From Trichormus sp. ATA11-4-KO1 (lineage in GTDB: Bacteria > Cyanobacteriota > Cyanobacteriia > Cyanobacteriales > Nostocaceae): DNA of 64,000 nucleotides. Shown here piece by piece: positions 41,614 to 52,136 of the stretch (positions within the stretch are counted from its first letter, which is position 1; every line of letters starts with the position of its first letter). The translations under genes were made by a program, and so were the position numbers. Below the pieces are notes generated by a model that worked only from the letters and a program-made list of their open reading frames with translations, was not told the origin of the DNA and searched no databases. The DNA lies in contig JAHHIM010000065.1 of assembly GCA_019358915.1 (NCBI GenBank), positions 305,453 through 369,452 on the forward strand, written 5' to 3'.

Positions 41614-41618
41614 ACTGC

Positions 41619-44213
41619 TTACTTGTAAGATTCAATAAGTGCCAAAATTTCTTGGTCTTGAAATTCTTGTGCCAGTTGATGCAGCTTTTGGGCAAAGGGG
41701 ATGTATTTTTTATCCACTTTGGCAATTAATGCTGCTTGTTTAATAATTCCCTTAAAATTACCCTTCATTGCTAGCTCATACAGAATTTCTCTTTCTGCTA
41801 TAGATGGTGCAACTAGGTCGGTAATTTCTGGCTGTTGTTGGTTCACAGTTTTCTCTTCTTCATACAGCCACTCCAGATGCAAATGCTTTTGTAATTTCTG
41901 GAGTAGATCCATTGCCTGTATGGGTTTAGGAAGAAACTCATCGCCTCCTACTTCTAAACTGCGATGTTGGTCAGCTTCAAACACGCTGGCTGAGGAAACA
42001 ATAATCACAATATTTTTGCAGGCTTCAGACTCACGAATGCGCTTGATTAGCCCAAATCCATCGATTTTTGGCATCAATAAATCAGTAATTACCAGGTCTG
42101 GCTGAAATTCGCCAACTTTCTGCCAACCCTCTTCTCCATTGATGGCTTCCGCAATTTCAAAACCGATGGGACTAAGCAAATTAGCAATGACTGAGCGATT
42201 TGCCCATTTGTCGTCAACGACAAGAACTTTAGGTCGGCAATCTTTAATGCCAATAATTTGTCCATAATCGTCGGCTTGAGATGTTTTGACCCACTCATCA
42301 GCTGTGGGTAGGTTGACATCAAACCAGAAAATACTGCCAACACCAACTTCACTCTGAACTTGAATAGTACTGCCCATAAATTCCACAATTTTTTGGCTGA
42401 TTGCTAATCCTAAACCAGTACCCTCATTCTGCCGACTTCTGTCTCCTGCTTGCTCAAAAGGTTGAAAAATAACTTGCTGTTTTTCTGAGACAATGCCAAT
42501 ACCTGTATCACGGATTTCAAAGCGAATTTTGCCTTCACGAGCGTAGCTAATGGTAAAGGTAACACTGCCTGTATCAGTAAATTTGATAGCGTTACTCAAA
42601 AGATTAATTAATACTTGCCGTAGGCGTTTTTCATCGGCACGGATACCAATGGGTAATTCTGAGGCTAATTGATAGTGAAACTGAATACCTTTGAGTTCAG
42701 CTCGAATGCGGCACATTTCAGCTACACCTTGCAAAAACGCTGGAAAGTGAAAATCTGTGGGCATAAGTTCTACTTTCTGCGCTTCGATTTTCGACAAATC
42801 CAGGATGTCATTGATTAAAGTCAACAAATGTGAACCACACTGATAAATAACATCAATCCGCGATCGCTCTTGTTCTTGCAAATGTTTGGAACGCTGAAGA
42901 ATTTGGGCATAACCTAAAATTCCATTGAGAGGAGTCCGCAACTCATGACTCATGTTGGCCAGAAATTCACTTTTGGCATAACTTGCTGCTTCCGCCGCTT
43001 CTTTGGCTTGGGTCAGCGCCATTTCCGCTTGTTTTCGTTCTGTAATATCAGTATGAACTCCGATCCACTCTCGGATACTGCCATCTGCGTGCAGAATCGG
43101 CACACCTCGTACACTCATGTAGCGATACTCGCCATCGTAACGACGTAAGCAATGCTCACACTCAAAAAATCTCTGGTTGGCAATAGCATCTGACCAAGCT
43201 GCTGCGGTGTGGGGTTGATCATCGGGATGAATGGCATTTAGCCAACCCCAGTTTTTGAATTCCTCAAAAGACTGTCCGGTAAACGCACTCCATTGGGGTT
43301 GTTCAATGAACAATTCTCCCTCTGCATTGGTATTCCAGATAATTTGAGTAGTTGCTTCAATCAGCGATCGGTATCTTTCTTCGCTGTACTGAAGTGCTAG
43401 TTCTGCTTGCTTGCGATCGTCAACATCAGTACAAATACCTGTCCACTCACAGATAATACCATCTGGATTGAGAACAGGAACACCTCTAGCTTGAAAATAT
43501 CGATAGCTACCATCTGTCCCTTGTACGCGACATTCGGTTTCATAGATGCTTTTCGTTTCTATAGCCTGCATCCAGATTTTATGTGCTTGTTCGCGATCTT
43601 CTGGGTGAATTGCATTCAACCAGCCAGAACCAGTCATTTCTGCTTCAGCTTTTCCGGTGGAAGCATTCCAGTATGAGACATTAGTTAATTGCCCTTGGGG
43701 GTCTGCTGTCCAGATAATTTGGGAAATTGCCTTGACTAGTGAGCGAAATCTTTCTTCACTCTGTTGCAGTTCCCGCTCAGCTTGTTTGCGCTCAGTAATA
43801 TTTCTGGTTGTACCGATAATCCCTAGGATATTGCCCTCAGCATCCAGCCAAGGAGTTTTGGCAGAAAGAAAAGTGCCTTGAAGATCACCATAGGTAACAT
43901 CTTCCTCGTAAGTCTCCGTAGTACCCATCGTCATAATCTGGCGGTCTTTGTCCATGATTTGATGAGCAACTTCCGGCGAAAACAGTTCTGAATCAGTTTT
44001 ACCAATAATGTCATCAATTGCTTTGCCAAAAAAATTGGCTAAGTTAGAGTTGGCAACAATATAATGCCCCTCTAAATCTTTCACATAGATAAAGTCTGGT
44101 GTATTTTCCAAAATAGAACGCAACAGCAGAGCTATTTCTGCTTGATTGTACCCAGTCATATCAGTATTTGCTCCGGCCGGATGGGATGTTTTGGGGTTTG
44201 GTTTTTCTGGCAA
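41619..44213 (-). CDS. Multi-PAS hybrid histidine kinase (3 PAS/PAC + HisKA + HATPase + REC); N-terminus possibly decayed
   Basis: Three PAS units (ending NITERKQAE, TDVDDRKQAE, TDITERKQAE), MSHELRTPL, VLVVDD; start uncertain (TTG 44213 or ATG 44159). Confidence 0.88.
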   Translation of the reverse strand: MPEKPNPKTSHPAGANTDMTGYNQAEIALLLRSILENTPDFIYVKDLEGHYIVANSNLANFFGKAIDDIIGKTDSELFSPEVAHQIMDKDRQIMTMGTTETYEEDVTYGDLQGTFLSAKTPWLDAEGNILGIIGTTRNITERKQAERELQQSEERFRSLVKAISQIIWTADPQGQLTNVSYWNASTGKAEAEMTGSGWLNAIHPEDREQAHKIWMQAIETKSIYETECRVQGTDGSYRYFQARGVPVLNPDGIICEWTGICTDVDDRKQAELALQYSEERYRSLIEATTQIIWNTNAEGELFIEQPQWSAFTGQSFEEFKNWGWLNAIHPDDQPHTAAAWSDAIANQRFFECEHCLRRYDGEYRYMSVRGVPILHADGSIREWIGVHTDITERKQAEMALTQAKEAAEAASYAKSEFLANMSHELRTPLNGILGYAQILQRSKHLQEQERSRIDVIYQCGSHLLTLINDILDLSKIEAQKVELMPTDFHFPAFLQGVAEMCRIRAELKGIQFHYQLASELPIGIRADEKRLRQVLINLLSNAIKFTDTGSVTFTISYAREGKIRFEIRDTGIGIVSEKQQVIFQPFEQAGDRSRQNEGTGLGLAISQKIVEFMGSTIQVQSEVGVGSIFWFDVNLPTADEWVKTSQADDYGQIIGIKDCRPKVLVVDDKWANRSVIANLLSPIGFEIAEAINGEEGWQKVGEFQPDLVITDLLMPKIDGFGLIKRIRESEACKNIVIIVSSASVFEADQHRSLEVGGDEFLPKPIQAMDLLQKLQKHLHLEWLYEEEKTVNQQQPEITDLVAPSIAEREILYELAMKGNFKGIIKQAALIAKVDKKYIPFAQKLHQLAQEFQDQEILALIESYK

Positions 44214-44700
44214 ATGAGCGATCGCCTATTTGTCAAGAAGTTTTCCGATGGACATTTTTGACTCATCAATCCTAAATCCCAATTGGGATGTGACTTTTCT
44301 CATGAATGTAGGGTTGCATTTGCTTGATATCTGGTCTGTATTTGAGCTTCCACAACACAGCTTTTCTGAGAAATTTGGAAAAATTACAGAGACACAGCAA
44401 TGTATCAAAACCCTATTTTTATTGAAACCTGATTGATGTTGAGTTGAGATCCGGGTGAAAACGGAAATATAGCTTTACAATAATTAATGTTTATTTAAGA
44501 TAAATAGCTTTACATATCATAAAGTAGCAAATTATGGAATTAAGACTTCACTAAAAAAGTGCTAAAGAGCTAGTACGTTGATGAGGCAGCTCTAAGAAAA
44601 AATATTTTCCCCAAAAAAATTACTGAGAGGAAGACTAGGCGCTATTGTTGCTACTGGCATCACTAACTAAAAAAGTGAATTTTAGCTGAAGAAATTATGA

Positions 44701-44741
44701 TGGCTAGGTTAGCTAAGGCAATACCCTAACCAACCTAGCCA
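44701..44741. terminator. Inverted repeat, possible terminator
   Basis: TGGCTAGGTT...AACCTAGCCA 10-bp perfect stem. Confidence 0.4.
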
Positions 44742-44841
44742 TTACTTGTTTTCTTGAGAAAACTCCCACCATAATCTCTGTTATCTAAACCACAATGTAC
44801 ACAACGTTTAATGTATAAGCATTTGACGTTGTGAATTTTTT

Positions 44842-45642
44842 CTACAACGTTGAGAGTGGATACTTGACTAACATCTCTGAGAAAGGTATCCACCGTTCAT
44901 CATGTGTGTAAACAATGATACCGTTTTTGGTGTTTTGGCTGGCAACAACTAATTTCTTCTTGTAGGCTAATGTGTACCATTCCTTAAAAACATCCAATTC
45001 AGATTGTTGTCCAATTTCTTCATTAGGAATCCAACCCTCTTCTATAGCTTTTTTAAGCCATGCTCCTGGCTTTTCAATATTGCTACTAGCCATTGCCTCT
45101 TTTAAAGCTTCTATTGCATTTAAAACAGTTTCCTCTGATGCTGACTTAATAGTTTTTGTTAATGTAGCATTCAATTTAATTCCGATTAAGTCAAGTTGCT
45201 GTTTAACATTATCACTGATATCAGAACGTCCAGCACTTTTCTTATCTAATGAAGTGACCTTTAAATTTTCAGGTAAAGTAACAGGTAATTTTGTCTGAGA
45301 AATACGAGATGCTTCTAACTGTTGCTTCAACTCTGCATTTTCAGATTTTAGCTGTGTATTTTCAACCTTGAGCCTTTGAGCTAAATCATCAGCACCTTGA
45401 GGACTAGCTTGTAAGCCTAGTTCTGTAGCAGTCCAAACATCACCGCTCTTTTTAATTATCTCAAAATCAGGATTGATAACAAATTTATATTGACACTTAT
45501 TGCAGTAATACCTTTGCTTACCCGATTTTTTTAAACCTGCTTTGCGTAAATTTTCACTAGCACATTTAGGACAACTGGTTGTTAGTATTTCAATTACCTG
45601 AGTTTGAACTCTTTCTCCATCTTTGAATTGTGGAATTGTCAT
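44842..45642 (-). pseudogene. Chimeric ORF: zinc-ribbon fragment of a TnpB-like recombinase fused to a TnpC-like C-terminus
   Basis: CPKC...GKQRYYCNKC and DVWTATELG, then abruptly a coiled coil and EKPGAWLKKAIEEGW; no integrase catalytic domain. Confidence 0.6.
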
Positions 45643-46318
45643 CTCTAGGAATTACATAAATCTCATTTACTCCTTGTGAACGAATATCTTCATGTCTTAA
45701 TCCTAATAACTCACCAATTCTCATGCCTGTTTCATAGAGTAAACAGATAATAAATTTGTCTCTAATTCTTTTACAAGCATTAACTAATTCCTTAACCTGC
45801 TGCGAAGTTAAACATCCTGGGAAAGTTTTGGGTTCTTTAATTTTTAGTAATCGTGTTTTAACTTCCTTTCCTTTGCTTATGTGGTGTAAAAATGGCTTGT
45901 ATTTTCGTCCTGGTTGCATCTGATAGCGATAAGAATTAACCCCTTCAGTTGCTCCCAATCGCTCATGAAATTCATAAAAACCACAAACAGTGGTGAGGGC
46001 ATGATTAATCGTCTTTTCTGACCGTTTAGACACTTGTGGTTGAATGGATATTACTCCTGGATCTGGGCTTCTTAGCCAGTGAATAAAATCTGATAACTGC
46101 TCAAGATTTACTTCCCTCCAATCAATTTTTTTATCTCCTAAAAATTCCCAGAACAGCTTTAGGTTGTTGGCATAGACCCTAACTGTATTGGGTGACTTCT
46201 CTAAACTGTCTAAGTAACGTAGGTATTTTTGGATTGGCTCTATGGGTAGATAGTCGTCACCCAGCACGATCCATATTGGGCGAATTGAATCCGGTAGCTG
46301 ACCTTTTTGAACTAACAT
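45590..46318 (-). pseudogene. Truncated Tn554 TnpA-like tyrosine recombinase
   Basis: SPNTVRVYANNLK, LYETGMRIGELLGL (first catalytic Arg); similarity ends after VIPRDDN; HxxR and catalytic Tyr absent. Confidence 0.85.
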
Positions 46319-46548
46319 ATCGTCATTGTATACGTTATAGAAACAGTAAAGTTAATATTAATACAATTTAATAAAAAGAACTCACAAATAATCGTTGTTG
46401 TTGTTGTGTAAGATTATTTATAAGTTATAGATAATCTTTAATTTGGCGGTGAGAGGATATAGCAAAGTGCTGAGTGCTGAGTATCAACCCAGTGGCTTCA
46501 GTGCTTTGAGCAATCAATAATGTCCTAATCTATGTGACTACGGCTATA

Positions 46549-46989
46549 TCAAATTGCTCGTTGCCGCATATGTTGGTCATTAAGTCCCTGCTTAATCCAA
46601 TTCAAGCATTCATATTCAGATTTGAATAACTTTGGTGCTGCAATATTATTCAATAATTCTGGTGGATAATGGTCGTAAAAATATTTACCTCCTTCTTGAA
46701 AAACGATAATCAAGTTATTACCGTATACGTAGCGAGACTGGAAACTATCTCCATGACTGATAAAATCTGCATGTTGGTCAATATGTTCTTTAGCAATATC
46801 AACAATATTGTTGATGCTACTGCCATAGATACTTGCTGGATTCTCGGCTTTATGAAATTTGCTTCTACGTCCAATTTCTGACAAGAGTTTATACGAATAA
46901 ATTTCGTAAGTATCTGCTTTGCCAAAAACAAATGGAATGATGAGATATCCTTTATATGAAACTGAATTTTCATAAAGAAGACGACTCAT
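46549..46989 (-). CDS. Conserved cyanobacterial hypothetical protein
   Basis: 146 aa with RBS AGGAG; two similar halves (SYKGYLIIPF / VYGNNLIIVF). Confidence 0.75.
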   Translation of the reverse strand: MSRLLYENSVSYKGYLIIPFVFGKADTYEIYSYKLLSEIGRRSKFHKAENPASIYGSSINNIVDIAKEHIDQHADFISHGDSFQSRYVYGNNLIIVFQEGGKYFYDHYPPELLNNIAAPKLFKSEYECLNWIKQGLNDQHMRQRAI

Positions 46990-47344
46990 TTTAATCTCCT
47001 TTGATGTAACTGCTTACACAACAATCGCCTTCACATTGATCATCAATACATTTTTTGTTAGTTATATTCAGGCGTTGTTGATACCTTCTTTACATTTTGG
47101 CAAAGAGGGTTATTACCCCCTATTTTGAGAGGGTGAAGGTGTATCGAGTTGGATCAGAAAAGTATTGTAATAACCATTATCACTCTTTTTGAAATCAGTT
47201 AATCTTAGATGTGTGACAAAAGCTAAAAAATTTGCGACTTAGGGAACCGCATACATGCCTACAAGCTACTTTTCATACTTAGAAAAAATGTATTTTTCCC
47301 ATCAGTCTCAATAGATAAACGAGATATTTAATAACTGAAGAGGC

Positions 47345-48199
47345 TTACCATAAACTGAGTTGATGGGGAGGAAGTTGCAGGTTATTCTCAGGCAAAGGAG
47401 GAATTACTGCACCACTTTGTTCTAATAGCTGTTGGAAGTAAAGCGCTGTGCCAGGCGATCGCTCTTCTAGAGGACAATGAACAAAGAAATAAATTCGTTT
47501 TCCCGCTTGTAACCAATGTTGAATCTGGGTAACCCACTCTTCCATAAAAGGCTGATTCTCTAACAAATTAGGATGAGAGATAAACCGAATCAGGCTGAAA
47601 GGTGCTGTCAAACTGAATTGCAGTGGAACTTTGGGTTTGCGCCGTGCCGATTGCAATTGCGGATCATCTTCTCCAGTGTAGATCGGGCGCGAGTCTAATA
47701 GTACCCTGCCCACACCTAACTTTTCTAAAATTGTGGTCAAATTACTCACATGAGGTTCATTAAACCAATCACGATGTCGAACTTCCACAGCTAATGGTGC
47801 TTCTGTGCGTGGCCAGGCTTCGAGAAAAGCAGTCAAATCATCAATGAATTTTGGCCCATAACTTGGAGGTAATTGGGCAAACATCGGGCCGAGATGTTGA
47901 CCTAAAGGACGCATCCCCTCCAGAAATTGTAAAGCACTAGGTATAGAAGGTTGCAGTAAACCTTTATGGGTGATATCTCGTGGCAATTTTAGGCAAAATT
48001 CAAAACCCGGCGGCGTTTCGCTCACCCAACGGGCTATAGTTTCTTGGTTGGGTACAGCATAGAAGGTGGTATTCCCTTCTACTGTAGTGAAGCGACGGCT
48101 GTAGAGGTGGAGAAAATCGGTAGCACGAGTACCTTGAGGATACAGTTCGCCTATCCAACCTTTATATGCCCAAACTGCACAACCAATAGAAAAATTCAC
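47345..48199 (-). CDS. DUF72 family protein (YecE-like)
   Basis: IGCAVW, VEGNTTFYA, QLPP, AVEVRH, YFFVHCP. Confidence 0.92.
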   Translation of the reverse strand: MNFSIGCAVWAYKGWIGELYPQGTRATDFLHLYSRRFTTVEGNTTFYAVPNQETIARWVSETPPGFEFCLKLPRDITHKGLLQPSIPSALQFLEGMRPLGQHLGPMFAQLPPSYGPKFIDDLTAFLEAWPRTEAPLAVEVRHRDWFNEPHVSNLTTILEKLGVGRVLLDSRPIYTGEDDPQLQSARRKPKVPLQFSLTAPFSLIRFISHPNLLENQPFMEEWVTQIQHWLQAGKRIYFFVHCPLEERSPGTALYFQQLLEQSGAVIPPLPENNLQLPPHQLSLW

Positions 48200-48293
48200 A
48201 AGCTTTGATCAAACTATCAACTGGAAATTTACAGTACATTTATTAATTGTAAAGGCAGGTTCTCACAATAAACAAAGCGAGGATGTATTATTT

Positions 48294-48785
48294 TTGCGTT
48301 ACAGTCATTTTATGCGATCGCTAAAGGCGGGGCAAAGCCCATCGCTCATACTTAAATTCTGCAAAATCCTCATCAGGCTAAAGTTTCCAAATATTCGCCA
48401 GATTACGACCACAGAATTTGCTCAATGGTTATTAAACTCTGCCAAGCCCCAACCATTGGTAGTTGATGCCCGGAGTCAGTCAGAATATGAAGTTAGTCAC
48501 CTCAAATCAGTAGTGCATATTGATCCCCATGCGCCTGACTTCACAGCACTCTCAGCAGTTGCAAAAGATACACCCATTGTTGTGTATTGTTCAATTGGTT
48601 ACCGTAGCGCCAAAATTGCCCAACGTCTTGAGCAGGAGGGGTTTTCTGGCGTTTTTAATTTGAATGGTGGTATCTTCCAGTGGGCAAATGAAGGACGACC
48701 TATTTTTAGAGATGAGAAGCCAACAAATCTGGTGCATCCCTACAATGCAATGTGGGGCAAACTGTTGAAAGTTAGTAGGAATTAA
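48294..48785 (+). CDS. Rhodanese-like domain protein
   Basis: VDARSQSEYEVSHL, VYCSIGYRS, NLNGGIFQW; start may be ATG 48312. Confidence 0.9.
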   Translation: MRYSHFMRSLKAGQSPSLILKFCKILIRLKFPNIRQITTTEFAQWLLNSAKPQPLVVDARSQSEYEVSHLKSVVHIDPHAPDFTALSAVAKDTPIVVYCSIGYRSAKIAQRLEQEGFSGVFNLNGGIFQWANEGRPIFRDEKPTNLVHPYNAMWGKLLKVSRN

Positions 48786-48877
48786 GACTGATACGTGACT
48801 GAATCATCCACATACACGGTGATTTTAGATTTCGCGCTATGCTTGATGAGAGCAGCTACAGAACTCCTGCTCAGTAA

Positions 48878-49633
48878 ATGTCGCAAATCTCCATCATCAT
48901 TCCCACCTTGAATGAACAAACCAGCTTGGGGCGAACTTTACGCCAGCTGACTGTACTAAATCCCCCAGCGTGGGAGGTGTTAGTGGTGGATGGTGGTAGT
49001 TGTGATCAAACGGTAGCGGTAGCAAAGCGAGAAGTTGCATTGTTTAATCAGGCTGTCAAAGTACAAATTCTCTCCTGTACGACACCTGGACGTTCTATTC
49101 AGATGAATTATGGCGCATCAGCCGCAACTGGAGATTTTCTTTGCTTTCTCCATGCAGATACTTGGGTTCCTGATGATTTGGTCGCTTTGATTTCGCAAAC
49201 TTTAGCAGAGCCAAAAATTGCTGGTGGGGGCTTCATTTCTTTGATGGTAGGCTCTCAAACAACTCGCTGGGGGATATCTTTACATAATTATCTCAAAACC
49301 TACTACGCTCCATTACTGTTTAAACCGCACCTGTTTTTTCAAGGATTGCGTTTGTTGTTTGGAGATCAAGTCATGTTCTGTCGTCGTAGTGACTTTTGGG
49401 ATTGCGGCGGATTTGATGAAAGCTTGCCAATTATGGAGGATGGCGATTTGTGCCTTAAATTGGTACAAAAGGGACGAATTTGTCAAGTGAACCGGATCGT
49501 TCAAAGCTCTGATCGCCGCGTGGCAAAATGGGGAAGTTGGAAAGCAACGGCAATTTACCTTTACATCGGGTTTCTGTGGGGAATTGGTGTTTCCGCAACT
49601 TATCTCAAACAGTTTTATCAAGATATTCGCTGA
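48878..49633 (+). CDS. GT2 glycosyltransferase, TIGR04283-like (rSAM/selenodomain- or arsenosugar-associated)
   Basis: SIIIPTLNE, VDGGS, GRSIQMNYGA, FLHAD, FGDQVMF, PIMED, SSDRR. Confidence 0.85.
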   Translation: MSQISIIIPTLNEQTSLGRTLRQLTVLNPPAWEVLVVDGGSCDQTVAVAKREVALFNQAVKVQILSCTTPGRSIQMNYGASAATGDFLCFLHADTWVPDDLVALISQTLAEPKIAGGGFISLMVGSQTTRWGISLHNYLKTYYAPLLFKPHLFFQGLRLLFGDQVMFCRRSDFWDCGGFDESLPIMEDGDLCLKLVQKGRICQVNRIVQSSDRRVAKWGSWKATAIYLYIGFLWGIGVSATYLKQFYQDIR

Positions 49634-50322
49634 TTGAGGTTCCAGTCATAGTGTAGATAGGAAATCGGTGTTGAGGCGGTTAAGGGTAGGTCTGTTTGCA
49701 GGTAAGAGCGAATGTATTCTGGAACAGAGGGCGCAACCTTGAAAAAGTCCTGACGATACCACTTAAAAATTTTGTTACAGTAAAGCGTTTCGGTTTGAGG
49801 ATTGTAATAGACTTTTTCAGGATTGTTAATGAAGCGATAGGTATCTTCTTCTAACTGCTGCAAGACTCGCTCAGGATAATAAGCTTCTGGACGCAATAAG
49901 GGACAACCAACAGAAGCGCAGACAATGGCAAAATGAATTTTTGGATCTTGTAACTTCTCTCTGAGAATCTGGTTCTCAATTTGAGCTAGACTGTAACGCT
50001 GATTAAAAATTTCATAAGCTTGACGTTGGAAGAACCACAAAAAAGCCAGCCAGTTAGGAAGTCCGAAGATTTGCGGGCGAATGGACTTAATTGGGTATCG
50101 TTCTAAAATCGTGGAAATGGTGAATGCATTATAGAGGTTAATCCACAATGCCAATTGTTCCGCACTGTTGAGATTGGATGGTAAAGACAGATGCTTGTGA
50201 CTCGATAACCAATCGGAGATAGCTTGGGGTTGTTCTCTTTTCCAGGCATGATAATTGACACGCCCTTGTTGATCAACATACTGGCGCAGTAGCAGATCCC
50301 AGGCTTCAAAATCAATCATCAT
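49618..50322 (-). CDS. DUF547 family protein
   Basis: WINLYNA, DPKIHFAIVCASVGCP, KIFKWY..DF, YDWNLN. Confidence 0.92.
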   Translation of the reverse strand: MMIDFEAWDLLLRQYVDQQGRVNYHAWKREQPQAISDWLSSHKHLSLPSNLNSAEQLALWINLYNAFTISTILERYPIKSIRPQIFGLPNWLAFLWFFQRQAYEIFNQRYSLAQIENQILREKLQDPKIHFAIVCASVGCPLLRPEAYYPERVLQQLEEDTYRFINNPEKVYYNPQTETLYCNKIFKWYRQDFFKVAPSVPEYIRSYLQTDLPLTASTPISYLHYDWNLNQRIS

Positions 50323-50409
50323 TCTTCTCCATCAGGGAGCATCCCAATTTAGCAAAAATATCAGGGGCTGACGCAAAAACCCTGTTAAACCCGCTTACCT
50401 TTGTGTCAA

Positions 50410-51900
50410 TTAGCCAGATTGCCGCCAGTCTACTGGTGCTTCTAAATAATCAGGTAGACGAGTTGTGCGATCGCCTAGTGCCATTTTTATCTGTTGTAAT
50501 TCTACATTTTTCGCTCCTGTCAAAATAGCTCCTTCCAGTTTGACATCACAAAAATTAGCATCCGCAAGGTTAGCTCCCATGAGATTAGTTCCAGAAAGGT
50601 TGGCTTGATAAAGACTAGCCTGATTCAAGTCTGACCCCATGAGGTTAGCTTTATCTAGGTTAGCTTCGGCAAAACTGGCTGCGGTAAGGTTGGCAAAAAA
50701 GATTTCTGTTTGTTGTAGTTTGGCAGCATTTAAATTAGCCCCAGAAAGGTTAGCACCATTGAGGTTAGCTCCTTGGAGGTTGGCTCCAATCAAACCTGCG
50801 AGGTGTAAATTGGCTTTACCCAGTTTTGCCCATTGCAAGTTAGCTAGAAACAACTTGGCTCCGGAGAGGTTAGCAACTTTCAGTGTCGCCTGTTGCAAGT
50901 TAGCTTTATAAAGGTTAGCCCCACAGAGGTTGGCTGCACGCAGACTTGCGCCTAAAAGGTTGGCTCCTCGTAAATTTGCTCCTTGTAAATTGGCTCGATT
51001 CATGTTTGCCCAACAAAGGGTGGCTCGATTTAAGTTGGCTTTGAGGAGATTGGCTTCATACAGAATAGACCCAGCTAGTTTAGCTCCATCGAGGTTGGCT
51101 CCACAGAGATAAGAGCCACGCAGGTCAGCCCCACAAAGGTTAGCGCCACGCAGATCGGCTCTTTCTAGGTTGGCTCCCAGCAGGTCGGCTCGCTGAATGT
51201 CTGTATTACGTAAATCCAATTTTTGGTTTTCCGCTTCTAACAAAGAATTACGCCGTCCAATCACAGTCAGCGCTGCTTGAATATCCCTGCGAATTTTTGG
51301 TAATGTTTCACGGGTGTTCAGTTCTAACTTCTGTGTACGACGCGCCCCGCTTTTGTGCCTACCCAGGTATATTGGCTGTGAGTATTCCCGCCTTTGTTGC
51401 TCGTCCTCTGTTTGGGTAGGAGCATTTTCGCGCACAAAAGCCGTAAGGATTTCCATGATTGTCCAGTGTTCTTTGGGAAATTCCTGTGCGACTCTTTCTA
51501 AGATATAAATTGCACCTGTCCGGGTTTCAATTTTTTCATGCCCAAGCTGGGTAATCGCCCCCATAAAGCGTTCTACTATCAGTTTGTCTTGAGTGAGTTG
51601 GGAATTTTGAATGCTAATTTCATTACTTTTTTCCGCCGCTAACGCATTTTTTTGCATAGCATCTGCGCGCTTGGCTGCGTAGTAGGCATTAATCAATACT
51701 GCCAATCCTAGAAAAACTATGGCAGTGGTTGTTAATGCTTGATTTCTGTATTGTATTTGTTGAGCAATTGTCAACTCTTCAAGATAGGACGATGCAAAAA
51801 CAATCAGTGTTAGTGAGAGCACAAATATAACTGTTATAGCTATCAACCAACGCCAGAATGTGTCTGTCTTATTAGCAGACATAGCAGTAATATTCCTCAC
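50410..51900 (-). CDS. Membrane-anchored pentapeptide repeat protein
   Basis: Two N-terminal TMs, RTGAIYILER...IMEILTAFVRE, DIQAALTVIGRR, long A(N/D)Lxx array. Confidence 0.92.
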   Translation of the reverse strand: MRNITAMSANKTDTFWRWLIAITVIFVLSLTLIVFASSYLEELTIAQQIQYRNQALTTTAIVFLGLAVLINAYYAAKRADAMQKNALAAEKSNEISIQNSQLTQDKLIVERFMGAITQLGHEKIETRTGAIYILERVAQEFPKEHWTIMEILTAFVRENAPTQTEDEQQRREYSQPIYLGRHKSGARRTQKLELNTRETLPKIRRDIQAALTVIGRRNSLLEAENQKLDLRNTDIQRADLLGANLERADLRGANLCGADLRGSYLCGANLDGAKLAGSILYEANLLKANLNRATLCWANMNRANLQGANLRGANLLGASLRAANLCGANLYKANLQQATLKVANLSGAKLFLANLQWAKLGKANLHLAGLIGANLQGANLNGANLSGANLNAAKLQQTEIFFANLTAASFAEANLDKANLMGSDLNQASLYQANLSGTNLMGANLADANFCDVKLEGAILTGAKNVELQQIKMALGDRTTRLPDYLEAPVDWRQSG

Positions 51901-52136
51901 GACACAGAATTATTACTTAGAGGTTAAGAAAAATTAGTATACCATTTAGCTAAAAATTTGAATATACACCACAACACTTAATTTTTAAACATGTACCCAA
52001 AGACTTAATTAATACTATTCTTGTCAAGAAAATGGCATTAAATATAACAGTTAATTGATATTATTTATGTATATGAGTCAGGCGATCGCCTTTGAGTGGG
52101 TAAAGCTACCGCATATTATTTGAGAGTTACTTACTA

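Larger units (their letters stand above)
44771..46437 (-). mobile_element. Internally deleted Tn554-like tyrosine-recombinase transposon (tnpA-tnpB-tnpC remnants)
   Basis: ATAATCT direct repeats at 44771-44777 and 46431-46437; inverted TACACAAC boxes at identical offsets inside each end; contains truncated recombinase ORFs; AT-rich, no HIP1 seen. Confidence 0.75.

Noticed and set aside
40285..44213. Two-kinase operon as cargo of the Tn554-like element
   Set aside because: It lies outside the left ATAATCT boundary at 44771 and contains HIP1 sites, unlike the element.
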